DNA of 64,000 nt from Geosiphon pyriformis uo1 (Eukaryota; Fungi; Glomeromycota). The notes beneath the pieces are model-generated. The model had not been told where the DNA came from. It saw nothing but the letters and a program-made list of their open reading frames with translations, and ran no database searches. Below, piece after piece: positions 12,487 through 30,148 of the stretch (the stretch's first letter is position 1; each line of letters begins with the position of its first letter). The stretch covers positions 585,824 through 649,823 of the forward strand of contig JAAOMT010000479.1 in the NCBI GenBank assembly GCA_016748015.1, written 5' to 3'. A program made the position numbers and the translations under genes.

Positions 12487-15400
12487 ATGATTTCAAACCA
12501 TAGGTCATCTCCACTATCTTTATTATTAATTTCCATAATTCTTACTCCCTTAAAATCCCTTCTTTCTATATTGCTTCCATTCTATTCCTCCTCCTTCTCC
12601 TTCTCCTTCTCCTTCTCCTTATTCCATCTACCATATTTCACTCTCATATCGATATCGTTGCTTCTAATCAACCAATCAATACCACAAGCACAAGCATACT
12701 CCACACTTTCGTTTAATTTAAAATCTTCAAACGTCGCGATAGACAAGAGTAGTCAATACGCTGATGGAACACTTCTATTTCGATTGCAAAAACGATTGAA
12801 TGACAAATGTAGCGAACCAAAACTTCAATTCTTGGTCATAGATCCAAATGGCAATTACAATTTTCCCAATGTAAATTTCACGTTCCCTGGATTTAATTTT
12901 TGTAGAAATTTTTCCAATGAGAATACCGTACAAGATTATATTAGTTTTACAGCTTTCGGTAAAGATCTTGCTTTTGTCGAGTATATGAAGAAGAATTCGT
13001 CGATGAAAAATGGTTTTGAAGAGGTAGGCCTTGTTTTTAATATCACCGATGGATCCGTGTTTAAAAGGTAAAAATCAATTTTTCACCATCTAGATTCTAT
13101 ATATCCATATAAAAAAAATTACATTTTTAAAAATATTAAACTTTTAAATTTCTTATTTTCTCCTTCCCTTTTTCATAGCGATATTTCGCTTGGAACACCA
13201 CAAATCGTAAATGATATGCCCATTCCTGGAATTCTCACGGCAAACATGTTGGTTGACGATGGTGGAGTTTTACACGTAATGGGAAACAATGACAATACCG
13301 GTGTAAAGACTCGATGGTCAGAGTTTAAACAACCGTGAGTTGGTTTCAAGATTTTTTCCGTTTTTTTTTTGATCTTGTAAAAAATTATTTTAATTTTGTT
13401 ACCTCTAAAATATAGAAATAAATCGCGAATTGTCGAGGAATATGCTAGCGGTGAATTTTTAGATTCAAAGATCAAAAAAACCCTTTTTCCTACTGCCGCT
13501 GGTGGCTATGGTGTTGGATATTTATCTCAAGGTAGAATTTGATGATTTTGTTACATCTCAAACACCCAATATATTGCATCACATATTGATTGTTCTTTTT
13601 GACCTAATCTAGCAACAACAAAAAACAACAGGTCGGATCCGACAGACTTTAAATATCTCGTTTACGTGGCATTTCTTCGTCCAGAAGACTCAAACTTCAT
13701 GGCACCTTTTTTAATTTACCAAACTACATATCCATTAAATGATCTTCAATTCATTCGTTGTCATCCACAATATGATGTTGGCGGATACGCATGTATATTA
13801 CAAGCAGATACAACTGAAAACGTTCGAAACCAAACAATTCCTAAACGACATTGGATAAAAGTTGCGTTTCTTTCCTCTGGTTCGATAAAATCTATCAATA
13901 AATTGGACATTGTAACAGATAAAGTCATTGACATTATTCCAATGCCGAAAGGAGGATATTTAGTGACCACCTTCAACATTACATCACGTCAAACCTCTGG
14001 ACTAATTTATAAGAGTGATGGAAAGTTTAACTCAACCTGGGATTTTCCCGAGTCGATTACTTTAAGTTTTTCCCAGGTCTTTGGAATATTTCCAAATAAT
14101 ACTCTCTGGGAGGCTACTTTACCCACGAATAAATTATTCTCTATTGCTACAACGGATTTGCCAAAGTTCCTTGAAAATGGTGAGAGAAAATGATAAATAT
14201 CTTTTTTTCTCTCAAGATATTAAATTGATCTTCGGCTAATTTTACTTGCTATCTAGACAAAGGATACAATAACCCCTGGGTCGTTTCGTCAATCCCTGAA
14301 ATTGATTCCAAAATTGATATTGGTTCAACAAACGTATCAATCACCTTTAAAGAGCCCATTCGAATGTCCGTGGCAAACATGTCAATCTTCCAATCTGCTG
14401 CTACGGGTGATATTTTACGACAAACGTATAAGGGCTCTTCTTCAGATTATGTTCATGTGAATGAACAAAACGTTACCACCGTTAATTTTTTCACATTGCC
14501 AAGCACGTTCAATCAACCTGGAGAGAATTACTATATTGTGTTGGATGGAAACTTTGTAACATCAATCGAAACAGGGGAACCATTGTGGGGAATTCAAAAA
14601 GGGTATTGGAATTTTAACACTAGCAAGTTGCCAATTTTTTTTTAATTTAATTAAGATTTTTGAAACTTTGCAGAAATTAATATTCAAATTTAATCCCAAA
14701 ATCTTCTTATTGTAGAGAATACCAGTTTCATTTACGCTGGTAAAGAAAGCCTTAATTTCATCATCTCACGTGTAATTGATGTTTTCGTCTTAATCGACTC
14801 ACTTTTACGTAAATCAATTTTAATTTAGAGGAAGCAACTGGCCTTTTACGTTTAACACTGGATGGAACATACTACTTGAAGAATTTATCAGGTCCCGCAA
14901 AACCCGAATTCTTCAAGAGACTTTTGCAAGAAATCGCGGAAACCATTCCAATCGACGTGAAACGCCTATCAACTACCCAAAAATATCAATATGACCCAGA
15001 TACCGGGAAAACTCGATACTTGATTCCATTAACTATCGCACCAACAAACGATGTTTACCAACGAAATGCCGATGATGTCTGTCAAGATTTGGATACGTTA
15101 GTTCGATTCCGAAATATTACCCCAATTTCGATGCGATCATCGACAATTTATTTGGACAGAGGTTATGGTTTCCGAAAAACTGGTATGACTCTTGTGAGCT
15201 CTATTTCTCGGCTGAAATAGTTAAGAATGAATGAATTAATATATTTTGCAAATTTCAGAAAGTTTATGGTCACAGGTAAAATTCCCGCTGCTTGGTGGTG
15301 TTATTGGGCTCTTCTTGTTGTGTCTTATATTTCTTCTTTTCCGTCGAATCAACCCAGAGGTATGTTTTGATTTATATTTGATAATCACTTTAAAACTCTG

Positions 15401-16359
15401 CAGAACTCTTGCTAATATCAAACCTTTTTGCTTATTATCAGGCAAATAATTTAATGGTCTTCTTTGCTGCGTTTATCTTGCTTGATTTTGCATTGGACAT
15501 CACTTTTTTGGTATTACATGGAAATGATGTTCCTTGGCTATTCTTACCAAGGTTTTTAACCTCACTCGAGTTTCTCTTTGTCATTATAAATCCCTTTGAA
15601 ATCTGGTTCTTATAGTTTCGTTTTCATTTCACAGTTTGCTAGTGTTGACGATTCCAGCAGGGGGAAATCTGCTGATAACTGCCTCAATAATTATTTCTGA
15701 AACAGCGAGAAGTCAATTATTCGCGAAATGGTTCCGAAACAACACGAATATCACCTTAATCTTGACATTGCTTGGTGCAGCAGATGTCGAGATTTTAAGA
15801 TTGTTGTGGTCAAAACTACTCAGTTTAAGAATGTTTTCTGCGCCAATTTCCAATCGTGCACGGGCAACGATTTTTTGGATGTCTACACTAAATTTGATAA
15901 TGGAAGATATTCCGCAGTTAATTATTCAGGTTTGTCTTGAAATTTTCAAATATTCAGAGAAAATTTTTAATTAATTACTTCCGAAATCTCTTCCCTTCTA
16001 TTCTCTAGATACTGTACATAAAGAACACTGTATCTTACAACGTAATCCCATTCCTAACTCTAATTACATCAATAATAATGCTCGCGCATAATGTATTCGG
16101 TCGAATTTTCCTCGGTTTTCAATACGTAAAATCCTCATCATTTTATCTCTCATCACGAGATAATTTACAATCTCGTGAACAAATCCCTGATCTCGCACAG
16201 AACATTTCACAACTGTACTTTCCCGATCAAACACCACCACAGGTGGTGGTTCCTACACAATCTCTGTCATTCTTGGATGAAGATGAGGATACGGTGGTGG
16301 GTGGATCTTCATTCCCGGAAGGGAGTCGGGGTGTCTTTCGAACTAGTCGGGGGTCATAA
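12487..16359 (+). CDS. Receptor-like membrane protein: N-terminal hydrophobic leader, large N-glycosylated ectodomain (including an Ig-like segment), C-terminal multi-pass domain with an XK-like EDIPQLIIQ motif
   Basis: Successive plus-strand exons between 12487 and 16359 join in frame. Many NxS/T sites; DKGYNNPWVVSSIPEIDSKIDIGSTNVSITFKEPI (Ig-like); about 6 hydrophobic helices; TAA at 16357-16359. Confidence 0.8.
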
Positions 16360-17419
16360 CTAGTAGAGGAGTGTTTTACGAGGTTAAAAAGTTACTGTTA
16401 AAAGTACCGTTCAAATATTAAGAAGGAAGGGTTGTAAATAGTTTTGCTAATATATTTGAATTTGCGGACTATTCGTAATGGCTAATGGGTTGATTCAAGT
16501 GTATAGCTAAAAGAATAAAAAGTAATAGAAGTACTTTGAGGTTGGTTTGAAATTTTAAAATTTTTTGTATATTTGTAATCTCCTAATAAACTTAAATGAT
16601 CAAAAGAGCAATAGAGGGAATCCTTTTTGCTCAAATATTTTTATAAAAAATCTATCGACTGATAGCAAGGAATAATTATGATGAAAAAAAAAAGGCATAT
16701 TATTAGAAACTTTATAATCGAAAACAATAATGGAATATGAAGATATATTATTATCTTGGGTCGCTTGAATATTTTGAGGAAAGCATTAAATGCTTTTCAA
16801 TTATGTAGTGTTTTATAAATTTGATAATTAAAAATCAATGAATATGAGAATAAGCCAATTATTGTTTTGGGTATTTTTGAAGTCAACTTGGATCATGAGA
16901 GAGCTACATTAATTTGAAATTCTGAACGGAAGATTTTCTAAAATAACGATCGCTAAAAGTAGAAAAAAGTTTTTTTTTCGTCTAGTCTATTATTAAAAGA
17001 AATTATATCTAGACATTTTACCATGTGGCCTACTAAAAATATTCTTTCATATATACAAGGGTTTATAAAAATTAACTTTTAAAAAACCCAATTACGAAAA
17101 GGAAACATCATGTAGATATTGTCAAAGTTATGGAAGGCTCTTCATCATCAGTTAAATCAATAGATAAATGATAAACAAGAATTCGTGGATTTAAAGCAAA
17201 TTATTTCGGGGGGCAGTAATTCCACAAAAAATTTTTTATCTTGATTTGGTTCGATCAAATTTATAACCGAATTGAGGCTTTTATTGCTAAATCTTAAACC
17301 TTTTTATAAGATCCAAATTTTCTTCCGAAGATATTTTCAATGAATATTGAATAGGGGGAAATTTTTTTTTTTTTTTTTTTTTTTCAAAAAAAAAGGTTCG
17401 GGTTTTTTTTTTTAAGATA

Positions 17420-18945
17420 AAAATTTATCCCTCATTTCAGAAATAAAGAAAATAATAGAAAAACTTGAAATTTGGGATCATACTTTTGTTGAATTTTTTA
17501 AATTTTTCATTGAAAAAAATCCAAAAAAAATTTTTCGATATAAATCTCAATAAAATTCGTTCAAATTTTATTTTTGTTTTTGCATCATGAAAAATTCTTA
17601 AAAATCGATTTCTATATATGATCAAATTCAAATTCAAATTCTTTATTTTTTTAATCATAAACAATTCAATTTTAAAATATACTTGAAATAAAATAAAAAT
17701 TTATTCATTTAAAAAATTATTTTTTTACAAATTTCAAAAATTTGCTTCAAAAAAATAATAATTATTATTTTGAATATTAATAAAAATGCTTTTTAAGCTT
17801 AATACATTCAATATTATTAAAATTTCTATAGTTCAAAAAATAAAATAAAATTTTAAGATCATTTAAATATATTTATTTTTTATAAAACTTTTTAAATTTA
17901 AAATCAATTCACTTAATTTTAAAACTTATAATTCAAAAATATTTTATTTATATATTATTATATTTAAAAAAAAACTATAATATTGTTTTATTTTAACATA
18001 TATTTTTCTTATTAAACATAATCATATCTTTAAAACTGCAGAAAATAATTAGTTAGATAGCAATTATATAATAATAATAAAAATTTTCATATTTTAACAT
18101 ATAGTTTTTTAAATACTTTTATGTTTATAAACTGCATAAAAGATAAATTTTTCTTACTTACATATTAGAAAACATTTAAACACTCAAAAAGTAAATAATT
18201 AAAAAGTTTTAATAAAATAATATTTTTTATATGTTTAAAAAATTTTCACAATTTTTACACATTATAAAATTTTAAATCAAGTTTAAATATATTAATTCAT
18301 TTTTTAATACATAGTTTTAAAATTACAAATGATAATTAGTTAAATATATTAACTAATAATTTAAGTTATTAATAATAATTAAATTAATATTTACTTATAA
18401 TAATATTTTAATACATAATACTTTTTATCTGTTCTTATTAAAATACTTATTAGATGTTTGTTTTAAAAAAAATTATTTTAAAATTATATAATATATATAA
18501 TATATTTTATTACAAAAAATTTGCTAAAAAAAGTAAATTTATCTTTTTTAGCATTGAAAAATCTTATTGTTGAAAGATATTTTAGTTAATAAATCTGTAA
18601 TTAGTTCATATTAATTAAATAATCAATAATATTAAATTAATAAATATTATATAAAAAAATACAATAATATTATAATAATAAGATTATAAAAAAAATAATA
18701 ATTTATTAATGTATTTCTTAGAAAAAACATTAACATCAATTTTATTTAATTAAATTTTATTTAAACTAATATTATTTTGTTTAAACTTTTTTTGGTAGAT
18801 TTTTTAACAAATTGTAAAAATATTTTTGTTTATAAATAAAAAATGTAATATTATTAAAACATTTTAAGTTGATTTTTTTAAACTTTAATATGTTTTGTGT
18901 TTTATAAAAAAATTAATTTTATTTAATTATAAATAAAACAAAACA

Positions 18946-18983
<38 letters not shown>

Positions 18984-19850
18984 GTTTGAATTTTAGATTT
19001 ATGTTTAAAACTTTATTTGTATTAACAGCATTTATAAAGAATTAATAAATATATTTTATTATAAATATATATATAATAGTTGTAACTTAAAAAAATGCAT
19101 AGTTTAAATTTAATATAAAAAAATGCATGGTTTAAATCTAATATAAAAAAATGTATGATTTAAATCTAATATTAAAAAATAATTATTAAATAAAAATAAA
19201 ATATTATAAATAGTTTTTAAAATAATACATTATAAAATTCAAAAAACTAAATTGTAATTATTTTATATTATTGAATTTAGAAAACATATCTTAGATTTTG
19301 ACGATTTAAATAATTTAGAAAATAATTAAATAAGTTGCTAATTAAATTAAAAAAAAGAAACTAATAAAACTAATTACAGTATAAACTAAAACTTAAAACA
19401 GTTAATATATTAAAAAACCAGTTTTATAACAATATTATAAAGCTTTATACTAAGTTTAAGTGTGTTAATCCATTCTTTAATACAACAATACTATAAAAAA
19501 CCACCAGATATCTTACTATATTGAATAATTAATAACTAATTGATATTTAATAATAACATTAACTTTGTATCTAACTTGAATATGTTTAATAAGATTGCTA
19601 CTTATATTATGTCAAATAGTAATTGGCTTTAGAAATTGTTCTTTATTAATAAACAAAATTTAATTAATAACTATTTGCTTAAACAAAAAAAACTGTTATT
19701 AAAAAATAAAGTATTACTTATTAATAAACTTAATTGTATTTTATTAATATCAAGCGTTAAATGTGTGAAAATTTGCAAAACAAAATAAGAAACTATAATA
19801 AAAAATACTCTTTAACAATGTTATATATATTGTAATTCTTGATTTTTTTT
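17420..19850. other. Extremely AT-rich degenerate repeat-derived region, including a ~30-bp tandem repeat x3 at ~19089-19172
   Basis: Very low GC, no credible ORF; AAAAAATG(C/T)AT..TTTAAAT(T/C)TAATAT occurs three times. Confidence 0.55.
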
Positions 19851-20009
19851 ATCGAGCCCCTCAATAATTGATTTTTAAATTGTCCCATTCCATCCAGAAG
19901 TCTCAAATCCTATTTAAATAATGAATCATAACAAATTTAAAATAATGATAAAATGTAAAATAAAATACGAAATTAATTTCTTTTATCAATAAAATCATTC
20001 AATTAAACA

Positions 20010-20288
20010 TTATAGAGGCCCAAACAATATCTCCGGTTCAGTTGGATGATTTCCAACCGTCTTGTCCCATTTTGATAAAGCAACTAGAGCTTTTCCACAA
20101 AGTCCAAGAATTTTATCTTCTAGGTCATGATTTGTTCTTAACGAGTCGAGATAAGCTTGTTTCACTATGACCAGAATATGATCTATGATTTTTTGTTTGA
20201 AATCGGATGATTCTACGGTTAAATTATCGTTATAAAATCGTCGAAGGTTTTGGATTTTTTCATTTGTTTTCCAAAATTCGTCTTCCAT
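20010..20288 (-). CDS. Small intronless hypothetical protein (92 aa, helical)
   Basis: Clean ATG-to-stop ORF with coding-like composition inside AT-rich flanks; divergent from the Myb gene. No family recognised. Confidence 0.55.
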   Translation of the reverse strand: MEDEFWKTNEKIQNLRRFYNDNLTVESSDFKQKIIDHILVIVKQAYLDSLRTNHDLEDKILGLCGKALVALSKWDKTVGNHPTEPEILFGPL

Positions 20289-20606
20289 GATTGTTTGTTA
20301 AAGGATAGAGGAACTAGATTAAAACTTCAAAAATCAACCAAAAGAGAAAAAAGAAATTTTATGAATATATTTATTCTTTAAGACTATAAAATTTAAGATT
20401 TTTCATGATATTGTCATACTCGCAGTTTATTAAATTTCGATTTAAGAGTTAATTAAAACTTGTACAATTGATAATATCCTCATATCACTGATTGGGGCCG
20501 GGTGAATTTAATCTTATTACATAAAATTATTTCCAGAATAGATGCCCGTATTAGACAATGAAAAAAATAATGATTTAGAACAACTTTCCATACAAATAAT
20601 AAAGAA

Positions 20607-21713
20607 ATGACTCTCATGAAAGGGCGGGGATGGAGCAGTGAAGATAGCGACAAATTGTTGATTGGTTATGCTGAGTATGGACCTCAATGGAGAATCATTT
20701 CTGAAAAATACTTTGACAATACCAGGAAAACGAAATCTCTGTCACAACACTGGAAAGTTTTAGAACGAAAATATGAATGTCCATGGCAAAAGAAGACTTT
20801 TGAAATGGAACAGAAAGACATCTTTTTTGACGCCATTAGAAGATTTGGGGAAGACTGGGAATCAATTTCAAAAGAATATTTTGATAATCACATTTCCCCT
20901 GATGAACTTTTTAAAATTTGGGAAACTCACAAGGAACAATGGATGCAGACTATCTCAAGAAAGGGTATGATATGGACACAAGAAGAAGAAGAAAGACTGT
21001 TAATTGGATATGGTGAATACGGCCCTGACTGGAAAATAATTTCCAAAGAATATTTCAATTTTACACGATCCCCTAGCTCACTCAAAATCCATTGGTTAAG
21101 TCGAGTACAACACAAATATGATTGGACAAGTAAACCAGTTCAAAATCAGGAAAACCAACCAAAGAAAGAAAAAAAGGAACCGGCTCATAAGACTTATATC
21201 CTTAAGCACCAAGAAAAGTGTTTACTTATCACTGCCGTTAGAAAATTTGGAACAGATTGGCCAACCATAGCGAGGAAATACTTTTCCTATCTCTATTCAC
21301 CTCAATTACTTCATAAAGAGTGGGAAAAATTGAAAGAGGAAATGAATAAATCTGGTAGCTCTGGCCGTCAAAAACTGTGGACCCATAAGGAAGACAAATT
21401 ATTACGATATAGCGTAAGTAAATACGGGGAAGGCAATTGGTCCAAAATGTTACCACTATTTAAAAAATTTCGCCGTACCGACTTGGCTACTAGATGGAGA
21501 TCTCTCAAAGATGCTCCTTTAATAGATGAAGAACATGAAGAGTTTCTTGCTCTATTTGAAACTCATGGAAAAGATTGGGAGAAAATTTCTAAAGGACTTT
21601 TTCGACCTATTGAGGAAGTAAAGAACCATTATCAATTGCTTGAAGAAGCCTGGAAATCTCTTAAAATTCAACGTGAAAAAAGGCGCATCCAACAAGTTAC
21701 CAAAAGAAAATGA
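20607..21713 (+). CDS. Six-repeat Myb/SANT-domain protein (single exon as seen)
   Basis: 368-aa ORF with six W/F-x(18-19)-W-x(18-20)-W/Y repeats, e.g. WTQEEEERLLIGYGEYGPDWKIISK and WTHKEDKLLRYSVSKYGEGNWSKM. Confidence 0.9.
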   Translation: MTLMKGRGWSSEDSDKLLIGYAEYGPQWRIISEKYFDNTRKTKSLSQHWKVLERKYECPWQKKTFEMEQKDIFFDAIRRFGEDWESISKEYFDNHISPDELFKIWETHKEQWMQTISRKGMIWTQEEEERLLIGYGEYGPDWKIISKEYFNFTRSPSSLKIHWLSRVQHKYDWTSKPVQNQENQPKKEKKEPAHKTYILKHQEKCLLITAVRKFGTDWPTIARKYFSYLYSPQLLHKEWEKLKEEMNKSGSSGRQKLWTHKEDKLLRYSVSKYGEGNWSKMLPLFKKFRRTDLATRWRSLKDAPLIDEEHEEFLALFETHGKDWEKISKGLFRPIEEVKNHYQLLEEAWKSLKIQREKRRIQQVTKRK

Positions 21714-21814
21714 TCTTTCTTAATTTTTAAGGATTCATAGCTTGAATTTTGATGAAGTTATACCTCAAGAAATTGAACGGCTACCTTTAATAGCAACAAC
21801 TGCAAAGCTCATAA

Positions 21815-22114
21815 TTAAATTTGATATTTAAATCGTATTTTTCCGAAAACTTCATAATGGCCTGCCACGTGAATAAATACAATATTTTTTATACTATAAT
21901 TTAATGGCTTCGCTTGATAAAGTTCCTTGTAACCAATATCATGAAAAAAGTCATTATGAATCTCTAAAAGATGGACATCATTATCCTCCTCTCTTACGTG
22001 ATAAATTAATATATTTTTCACATTCTCTAATTTTTTAGGGAAAATGCAAAGAACATTACCCGAGCTCGCAATCCGCCCTTCATAAAGCTTTAGATTTCGA
22101 GGTTTATTTTTCAT
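21815..22114 (-). CDS. Small intronless hypothetical protein (99 aa), possibly an OTU-like remnant
   Basis: Clean ORF convergent with the Myb gene; IASSGNVLC and IVFIHVAGHYE resemble the OTU Cys and His boxes. Confidence 0.45.
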   Translation of the reverse strand: MKNKPRNLKLYEGRIASSGNVLCIFPKKLENVKNILIYHVREEDNDVHLLEIHNDFFHDIGYKELYQAKPLNYSIKNIVFIHVAGHYEVFGKIRFKYQI

Positions 22115-23848
22115 TAAAGTTTCTGATCATTTCTACAACCAAAAGCTTATTAAAAAAAATTTACTATACAGCTAAACGCCGAACCTTAGAACTTTTCAAA
22201 TAAAAAGGTTCAGAAAATTTTGTGTTAAATTTAACATTTTTATGTTCATTTTCAATCAAATTCTAGAAGCAAAAACATTCGATTTCTAAGCGATACCACA
22301 TTACCATAAACTCTCTTATTTAGCAATGAATCTCGTTTCGAATTCTAATTTGTTTTTATCAAATCTTTTCTCGCGAAATAAAATCTATTTATGGTTGTTT
22401 TCCAGACCGATTTAATGATCCACAATCTTTCATTATTCTACATTGTGTCGTGATAATAAATTTTCCTTTAAAATTCTTTTTTTCACGTGAAAAATAAGGT
22501 CTTTTTCGTTAATGTCTCAAAATAACAAATATGAATGTTCCATACTGAGAGTTGAAAAAAATCCATCTGTTTAAGTTAGATAATAGCAGATATTACTTGT
22601 GATAAAGGTCTTGGATGTTCTGAAAGTTGAGGAATAGTCTGTGAATGTTAAAAAAAATAAATAAATAAATAAATAAATATAATTCTAGTGAAAAATAAAT
22701 TATTTTATTTTAATCAAAAAATTATAAAAGGAATTTTTAATAATTCTTTAGTTAGTTTTATTTATTTATTAAAAGAATAGATGTTTATCTGTTTTTACAA
22801 TATTAAGAAAATTTTAATTTAATGATGAATAAGTTAAAAATAACTAAAATAAATTAAATATTTAAATGAATAATATTTAAATAACAAATATATATTTTTA
22901 CACACATGAACATTTAAATTAATTGAAATTAACATTAAAAATGAAAAATTTTGAATTGTTTTTAAGAAAATACAAAAATAATTAAAATCTATTAAATAAT
23001 TTTTATTTATGTAAGTTTTTTATTATAATTATTATTATTTAAATATTCTAATGTTTAAAATATTTAAATAAATCAAATTTTTAATTTTTAATTTTTTATT
23101 ATATAATAATAATATCAAGTAAAAATATTATGTTAAATTTTTTTCAAAATAATATATATTTTATTTAATTATATTATTGATTTTATTGCAGATGTTGCAT
23201 TTATATAAATCAGTTTAATTGTTATTTTTACTTTCAATTCTATTTATTAATAGCAAAAAATTGTAATAATATTACAAACTGAAAACATTTATTTTATTAA
23301 TGGTTGAAATGTTTTTTCTTTGAATATTACTTTGAAAATTCCCAGAAATGCATAAATTTTTATGGGAAATAATTACCTAAAACCATATCAGGATGGCACT
23401 GCAATTGGTTGCAACCATTTTTTATTATTAAGAGCCCCCCAACTATTTGCCTCAAGTTGGAAATTTTGAAATAATCGATTATGGAAATCAATTTGACACG
23501 TGATCCAAAGCAAAATGGTCTCAATAACAGGTTCTAATTTCACTTTTATAGAAGATGCGATTTTAAAAAATTATATCAAATGTGAAAGATGAAAATTGTG
23601 CCAAGAAAAATTCTTATTCTTGAGAACATGTGAATAGCTAAGATTTTCCGAATTATATTTCGCTAACCATATTAACCTATTATGAATGATTGTTCCGCAG
23701 TTTTCACAGGTGATTTAGGAAGTTTTTTCATAATTACAGATCACAACCAGGATTTTTTTACACTATTATTTAATGCCACGAATATACTTTTTGACCCTCA
23801 TCCAATTACTAGAAATCCCTTTTAACTCGATGGATAGAACTAGGGAAA

Positions 23849-29099
<5,251 letters not shown>

Positions 29100-29498
29100 T
29101 TCATCAAAATGTAATAGCAAGTAGATTAGTGTAAAATAAACCTTGATTTTCGAGATCACTGAGCTAAAAAGTGTTAGTAATTTAAGAAGTACGTCATTTG
29201 GTGGCTGGTGCAAATTTGTAACACGTAGCTCATTCGTAATCATTGCTCATAAAATGCCTTTGGCTGAACGGTAAAAGAATTGACTATACGGGTGGCCTCG
29301 ATCGCGCCATATTTGTACTTTGAATCTCACCCCTCCGACAAAAAACTGAACTGAAATAAGGCATTATTATTTTTTGAGTCAGATGAATTTTATGAAGCTT
29401 GCAACTAACTGTCAAGTTTTCACCCAATTTCAAAATCAGAAAACCCGAATTGGCAGATATATTTCTTTTGTTATAATGATTCCTTCGAAGCATTATGT

Positions 29499-30080
29499 AT
29501 GTTCGACACTAAATAACCTGAATGTATTTGGTTCATATTTGAATTCCTCGTTATTTAAAGATTATGTCGATTGAAGGGTTTAAAAAAATAAAATTTTGTA
29601 TATTATCCTGATGAAAGTTCATAAGATAATATTTCTAATGCAGTAGTAGATATAGCGGTAAGACATACTGCCATTTCCTGTCCCAAGATTGAAATTGATA
29701 AACTAGTTCAGGTATCATTCAATTCTCCAGAATCTGAAGATTTGAATCGAGAAGGGCTGCTATTCTTCAATTTCATTTTATGGGGGATTTCGAAAGAAAA
29801 GATTGTCTAAGACTAGAGATTAAAGAAATTTCAAAATGAAAAGCAAGTAAAGCCCTATGGGACAAGAAATCAAGGTTTAAATATAAGTTAAATTTTTCCT
29901 TTGTGATTTTAACAATATTCCCATCAACAGAAGAAGGAATTGGCGAGTATGATAACATACAAAGAAATACCTTAAAAACTCTCGGCCTTTGAGTATAATG
30001 AGATGATTAAAGTAGAAGTGGATATTTAGCACCGTCTTAAGACATTGCCTATGAGGGTCTTTTTCCAGAGTCGTAAAGAG
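29499..30080 (+). pseudogene. Disrupted F-box/LRR-like gene
   Basis: MFDTK*PECIWFIFEFL (F-box-like) followed by DNISNAVVDIAVRHTAISCPKIE (Cys-containing LRR-like); multiple stops and frameshifts. Confidence 0.45.
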
Positions 30081-30148
30081 AAGTGTATTTCTAATTTAAT
30101 CAATTTACTTTATAAGATTTATATTATTTTTATCACGTGATTTAGATG

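Noticed and set aside
17360-17412. Poly-T/poly-A hairpin resembling a terminator
   Set aside because: Homopolymer runs in AT-rich eukaryotic intergenic DNA.
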